The translations under genes and the position numbers were made by a program. Source: Candidatus Cloacimonadales bacterium (GTDB lineage: Bacteria; Cloacimonadota; Cloacimonadia; Cloacimonadales; JAFGVF01). Taken from it: a DNA stretch of 64,000 nt. The notes under the pieces were generated by a model. That model was not told where the DNA came from. It did not search any database and worked only from the letters and a program-made list of their open reading frames with translations. Location: assembly GCA_963678315.1 (NCBI GenBank), contig OY782781.1, forward strand, positions 928,001 to 992,000, written 5' to 3'. This document shows positions 60,109-64,000 of this stretch, in pieces. The stretch's first letter is position 1. Each line of letters begins with the position of its first letter.

Positions 60109-60939
60109 ATGAAAATAAATAAACAGATAAGTGTTGAGGGTATAACAGTATCAATGTTTAATAATAACAACAATGATTACATATCATTGACTGATATTGC
60201 TAAGAGTAAAGAGGGAGATTCAAGGGCTGCAGATATTATTAAAAACTGGATTAGAAATAGAAGCACTTTGGAGTTTATAGGTACTTGGGAGCTTATTCAT
60301 AATCCTGAATTTAAAGTGGTAGAATTCGACCACTTTAGATTAAATTCTGGTTTAACCTCTTTTGTACTTAGTCCAGGTAAATGGATTGAGTCAACTAATG
60401 CCATAGGAATAGTTGTTAAAAAAGGAAGATATGGTGGAACTTATGCTCATAAAGATATAGCATTAGAATTTTGTTCTGCTATTAGTCCTATTTTTAAGTT
60501 ATATTTGATTAAAGAGTTTCAGCGCTTAAAAGATGAAGAGCAAAAACTATTAGGCTGGACTACTAAACGACTTCTAACAAAAGTTAATTATCAGATTCAT
60601 ACAGATGCAATAAAAGAAAAATTGATACCTGATTATCTAACACCAAAGCAAGTATCATTTGTTTATGCTTCTGAAGCTGATGTTTTGAACATGGCTCTTT
60701 ATGGCAAAACAGCAAAACAATGGAAATTGGAAAACCCAGATAGTAAAGGTAACTTACGTGACTTTTCAAGTATTGAGCAATTAGTATGTTTGGCTAATCT
60801 AGAAAATTTGAATGCACTATTTATAAAAGAAGGTCTTACTCAAGCTCAAAGATTGATAAAACTAAATCATATTGCTATCCAACAGCTACACATCTTATCA
60901 AAAAATAAGAAGAGACTAGTTGAAATTAATAAAGAATAG
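60109..60939 (+). CDS. KilA-N domain DNA-binding protein
   Basis: DYISLTDIAK, IKNWIRNRSTLEFIG, GRYGGTYAHKDIALEF, YASEADVLN. Confidence 0.9.
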   Translation: MKINKQISVEGITVSMFNNNNNDYISLTDIAKSKEGDSRAADIIKNWIRNRSTLEFIGTWELIHNPEFKVVEFDHFRLNSGLTSFVLSPGKWIESTNAIGIVVKKGRYGGTYAHKDIALEFCSAISPIFKLYLIKEFQRLKDEEQKLLGWTTKRLLTKVNYQIHTDAIKEKLIPDYLTPKQVSFVYASEADVLNMALYGKTAKQWKLENPDSKGNLRDFSSIEQLVCLANLENLNALFIKEGLTQAQRLIKLNHIAIQQLHILSKNKKRLVEINKE

Positions 60940-60976
60940 TTTCGTGTTTTTTGTGGTTAAATAATAGGAGTTATTA

Positions 60977-61744
60977 TTGAATTCTGAATTATCAATTATC
61001 AATTTACTAAAGATCCCGGAAAGATCAATTCAAAATCAAAAGCTTACTAAGAAAAGTATTCTAGAGAATGCTAATCTTAAAGCTTCATCTAAGAAAGTAA
61101 TTAGAGATGATATAGACGAGATGCTAATAGTAGCTTTAGTAGACCCTAAGTCTTCTAACATTAATGCTTATGAAGATGATAACTATAGCATTGATGCTAT
61201 TCTACTGATTCAAGTTCTTCTTAAGAAGAGAGAGTCCTTGACCAAAGTTGCAGAGATTCTTCACACAGTTATTCCCTATCAGTTGCTAATTGTATTTTCT
61301 TACCAAGATGAGCTAAGCTTCAATATTGCCGATAAGAGAATTAATCAAGTAGATAAAGATAAGCGTATTATAGGTAATTATACTTTTACTGAATGGTTAA
61401 AAACAGGAGATGATAAGCTTAACAAGTTTATTGATAGTATTGCCTTTTCAAACTTGTCTCACCTTAATCTGAAGGCTTTCTATGATGATATAAGAACCAG
61501 GATATATAATCTAAAGACATCATTGATTAATGGAGAATTTCAAGCAAAGTCTATTGAGGAAAGTCAAGATGATATTATATTATTACGAAAGATAAAAGAA
61601 ATTAATGCTGAAATATTAAAACTAAAGAATACTTATAAGAAAGAGATTAACTTTAATGCTAAAGTTAAGTTAAATGTAGAAATAAAGAAGTTAGAAAAAG
61701 AAAAAGAATTTTTATTCAGTAACTTTAAATATTCAGAACACTAG
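60977..61744 (+). CDS. DUF4391 family protein
   Basis: LHTVIPY, ADKRINQ, C-terminal KKEINFNAKVKLNVEIK; typical position after this helicase family. Confidence 0.78.
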   Translation: MNSELSIINLLKIPERSIQNQKLTKKSILENANLKASSKKVIRDDIDEMLIVALVDPKSSNINAYEDDNYSIDAILLIQVLLKKRESLTKVAEILHTVIPYQLLIVFSYQDELSFNIADKRINQVDKDKRIIGNYTFTEWLKTGDDKLNKFIDSIAFSNLSHLNLKAFYDDIRTRIYNLKTSLINGEFQAKSIEESQDDIILLRKIKEINAEILKLKNTYKKEINFNAKVKLNVEIKKLEKEKEFLFSNFKYSEH

Positions 61745-61766
61745 CAATTATACATTTGGAGATAAA

Positions 61767-63152
61767 ATGCAATACATAACAAATGGCATTGAACATAGTC
61801 TAAGGTTATCAAAAGAAGAGCTTGAAGAATTATTAGGTTCTAAAGAAAAAATATCTGATACTTCAGAATTTAGGGTTGTTAAATTACTAAAATACATACT
61901 TCATAGCACTAAAGAAGATATTTACCAATGGGAAGAGGGGGATTTGAAGCAAGATTTATTGAGCTTCTTTGAAGATCATGATATATCGACCATAAACAAA
62001 GCTTTTATCAATCACAAATTACGGAAATTTTATTCAGATATAAGGGAAAAGATTGCACCACTAATATATTCGGACAATCTTAGTATTCTTATGAGCAATG
62101 GATGTTCAATGGTTGCGGGTTCAAAAGGTATTAATTGTGGAATAAATAATGAGCTATCTGAGATTTTAGAAAAATTTAAACATCGAAGTAATAAACTCAG
62201 TAATAACATTAAGTCCTTCAAAAATTTATCCCCTGAAAAAGTTCTAGATAAACTATACCAGATAAAATCATATTTTGAGATTATTCTTCAGAATGACAAA
62301 GATACCTATAAAATAAATAATTTGATTAATGAATATCGGGAAGTATTATTAAAAAGTTATGTTTTAGGTATTGATTATAGTAAAATAGACATTCACAAGA
62401 ATTTATTAATGAAATTAATGGGAATTAAAAACAAAAGAACTACACTGTTTACATTAAATTATGATTTGCTTATTGAGAAGGCATCCGAAGAACTAAATAT
62501 ACAATTAAATAATGGTTTTAGAGGTTTTCATTTTCGTAAGTTCAACCCATCAAATTTTAATTATCAAAATTATATTGAGACTTCCAGCCATGAAAAACTT
62601 TCAACAAAATCTTTCAACTTAGTAAAACTACATGGTTCTCTATCTTGGCAATATTCTGAAGATGAGCCTGTATATAGTATTGTTGAGAAACAGCTATGTT
62701 TCAATAACGACAATAAGATATCTTTTGAAAGTATCTCTAATGAAGCAATTATTTATCCTGTGCAAACTAAGAAATCACAATCTTTAGATTTACCTTATAG
62801 TGAAATGTTTAGGCAACTAAATGAAACATTAAACAAAAGAAATACAACACTAATTGTTGTAGGATATAGCTTTTTAGATGAACATGTTAATGATATTATA
62901 AATAATGCTTTATCAAATCCATACTTTAACTTAGTTATATTTTCATACACTTCTTTAGACGAAATCAAAGAAGATGATAAATCTGAATTGTATAAATATT
63001 ATAACCAAGCCAAGAATGATAATAGAATTTCGATTTTTTCCGGTAATATATTAGGAGATTTTGCTACTGTTACGAATGATTTAATCCCAACAGAGCCCCC
63101 TAAGAATATTCTTAGAGAACTTGAAACAATTATTAAAAAAAATAGGACGTAA
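61767..63152 (+). CDS. SIR2-like (SIR2_2) NADase effector
   Basis: FTLNYDLLIE, KLHGSLSW, IIYP...K, PYSEMFR, VVGYSFLDEHVN. Confidence 0.9.
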   Translation: MQYITNGIEHSLRLSKEELEELLGSKEKISDTSEFRVVKLLKYILHSTKEDIYQWEEGDLKQDLLSFFEDHDISTINKAFINHKLRKFYSDIREKIAPLIYSDNLSILMSNGCSMVAGSKGINCGINNELSEILEKFKHRSNKLSNNIKSFKNLSPEKVLDKLYQIKSYFEIILQNDKDTYKINNLINEYREVLLKSYVLGIDYSKIDIHKNLLMKLMGIKNKRTTLFTLNYDLLIEKASEELNIQLNNGFRGFHFRKFNPSNFNYQNYIETSSHEKLSTKSFNLVKLHGSLSWQYSEDEPVYSIVEKQLCFNNDNKISFESISNEAIIYPVQTKKSQSLDLPYSEMFRQLNETLNKRNTTLIVVGYSFLDEHVNDIINNALSNPYFNLVIFSYTSLDEIKEDDKSELYKYYNQAKNDNRISIFSGNILGDFATVTNDLIPTEPPKNILRELETIIKKNRT

Positions 63153-63154
63153 AG

Positions 63155-64000
63155 ATGGAAAGAGTTAGAATTGGTAAAGTAGTTCAAATGGATGCTGATT
63201 CAGTTATTGTTGAGGTTATAGATAATTCATATGTAGACAAAGTAAATTTTAGTATAGGTATTTCAGTTGTTCCTGTGGTAATAAATAAGCTTATATCAGT
63301 AAAACTACTAAATAGTAAAGAAGTAGTATTAAAAATCAACAAGATATACGATAAAAATCACTTTATTAATAGAGATGATTTTAAAGTACATAATAGTAAA
63401 ATATTTCTAGAAGCAACTCCTTTAGGTATTTATGATAGTTATTTATATAAATTTGACGAAGGAATCAACAATTACCCATTAATCAATACAGAAGTTTACT
63501 CTATCTCAAGTGAAACAAAAAAGAGTATTATTAATATTTCATCCACATACAAGTTACAGGTTGGAAATTCTTTTGGAAATGATGATTTAGTAAATGAAGC
63601 AAATCCTGATATTCTTTTAGGTAAACATCTAGGCGTTTTTGGAAATACTGGATCAGGTAAAAGTTGTACTGTGACTTCTATCATACAGGGATTAAAGAGA
63701 AGGTTATATACCAGTTCAGGTACAGATGTAAGTATAAAACCTAAAATTATAATATTTGATTCAAATGATGAATATGCTCAAGCTTTTAATGATACAGAAT
63801 TTCGTTATAAGAAAATATCTAAGTCAAAATTGAAATTGTCACATACTAAATTATCTGATAGTGAATACTTTAAATTTTTTGGTGCAAGTCAAGGGGTACA
63901 AGCTCCATTATTAAAACAAGCTCTTACCAAACTAAGACCTAATGGATTCTTTTCGCTGCAAGATATAATAAACATGATAAACGACCTAATATCAACGAAC
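63155..64000 (+). CDS. HerA/DUF87 ATPase, 5' part (runs off window; absent from ORF track)
   Basis: Manual translation MERVRIGKVVQ...FDEGINNYP...LLGKHLGVFGNTGSGKSCTV...IIIFDSNDEY; starts 2 nt after the SIR2 stop. Confidence 0.9.
   Translation, partial: MERVRIGKVVQMDADSVIVEVIDNSYVDKVNFSIGISVVPVVINKLISVKLLNSKEVVLKINKIYDKNHFINRDDFKVHNSKIFLEATPLGIYDSYLYKFDEGINNYPLINTEVYSISSETKKSIINISSTYKLQVGNSFGNDDLVNEANPDILLGKHLGVFGNTGSGKSCTVTSIIQGLKRRLYTSSGTDVSIKPKIIIFDSNDEYAQAFNDTEFRYKKISKSKLKLSHTKLSDSEYFKFFGASQGVQAPLLKQALTKLRPNGFFSLQDIINMINDLISTN

Noticed and set aside
1..64000. tRNA, rRNA, integrase or IS transposase genes
   Set aside because: None recognised by eye; a tRNAscan-SE/Infernal run would be needed to exclude small RNAs

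Overview
AT-rich bacterial chromosomal segment, probably from the FCB superphylum and possibly Candidatus Cloacimonadota. That placement is an inference from the LPVEL/YPNPFNP FlgD-Ig C-terminal secreted protein, the paired GWxTD genes and D-[ST]-[hydrophobic] motifs. 1-11.4 kb is the distal S10, spc and alpha ribosomal protein cluster (rpsS partial to rplQ, with secY, map, infA, rpmJ and rpoA, and no adk). It is followed by a secreted LTD/CHB_HEX_C protein, a mosaic of REP-like repeats, pgeF, a FapA-like gene, a tricorn-type S41 protease, and hflX behind a leader-peptide attenuator whose alternative pairings can be read from the sequence. Next come a membrane protein/wHTH/TPR-DUF2271 operon, tandem palindromic repeat arrays, dnaE, two GWxTD genes and yraN. 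At 34.3-45.6 kb is a seven-gene envelope operon resembling the core of the myxobacterial Agl-Glt machinery (YjbH-like barrel, 2139-aa TPR protein, GltF-like, ExbB/AglR, two ExbD/AglQS, GltG-like). Then priA, an AAA_14/DUF4143 ATPase, ackA, an AlbA_2/HATPase protein, an ABC exporter, and a complete group II intron with a frameshifted RT. The window ends in a defence island (SNF2-like helicase, KilA-N, DUF4391, SIR2, HerA partial). No rRNA, tRNA or CRISPR array was recognised. All family assignments are by motif recognition, not database searches.
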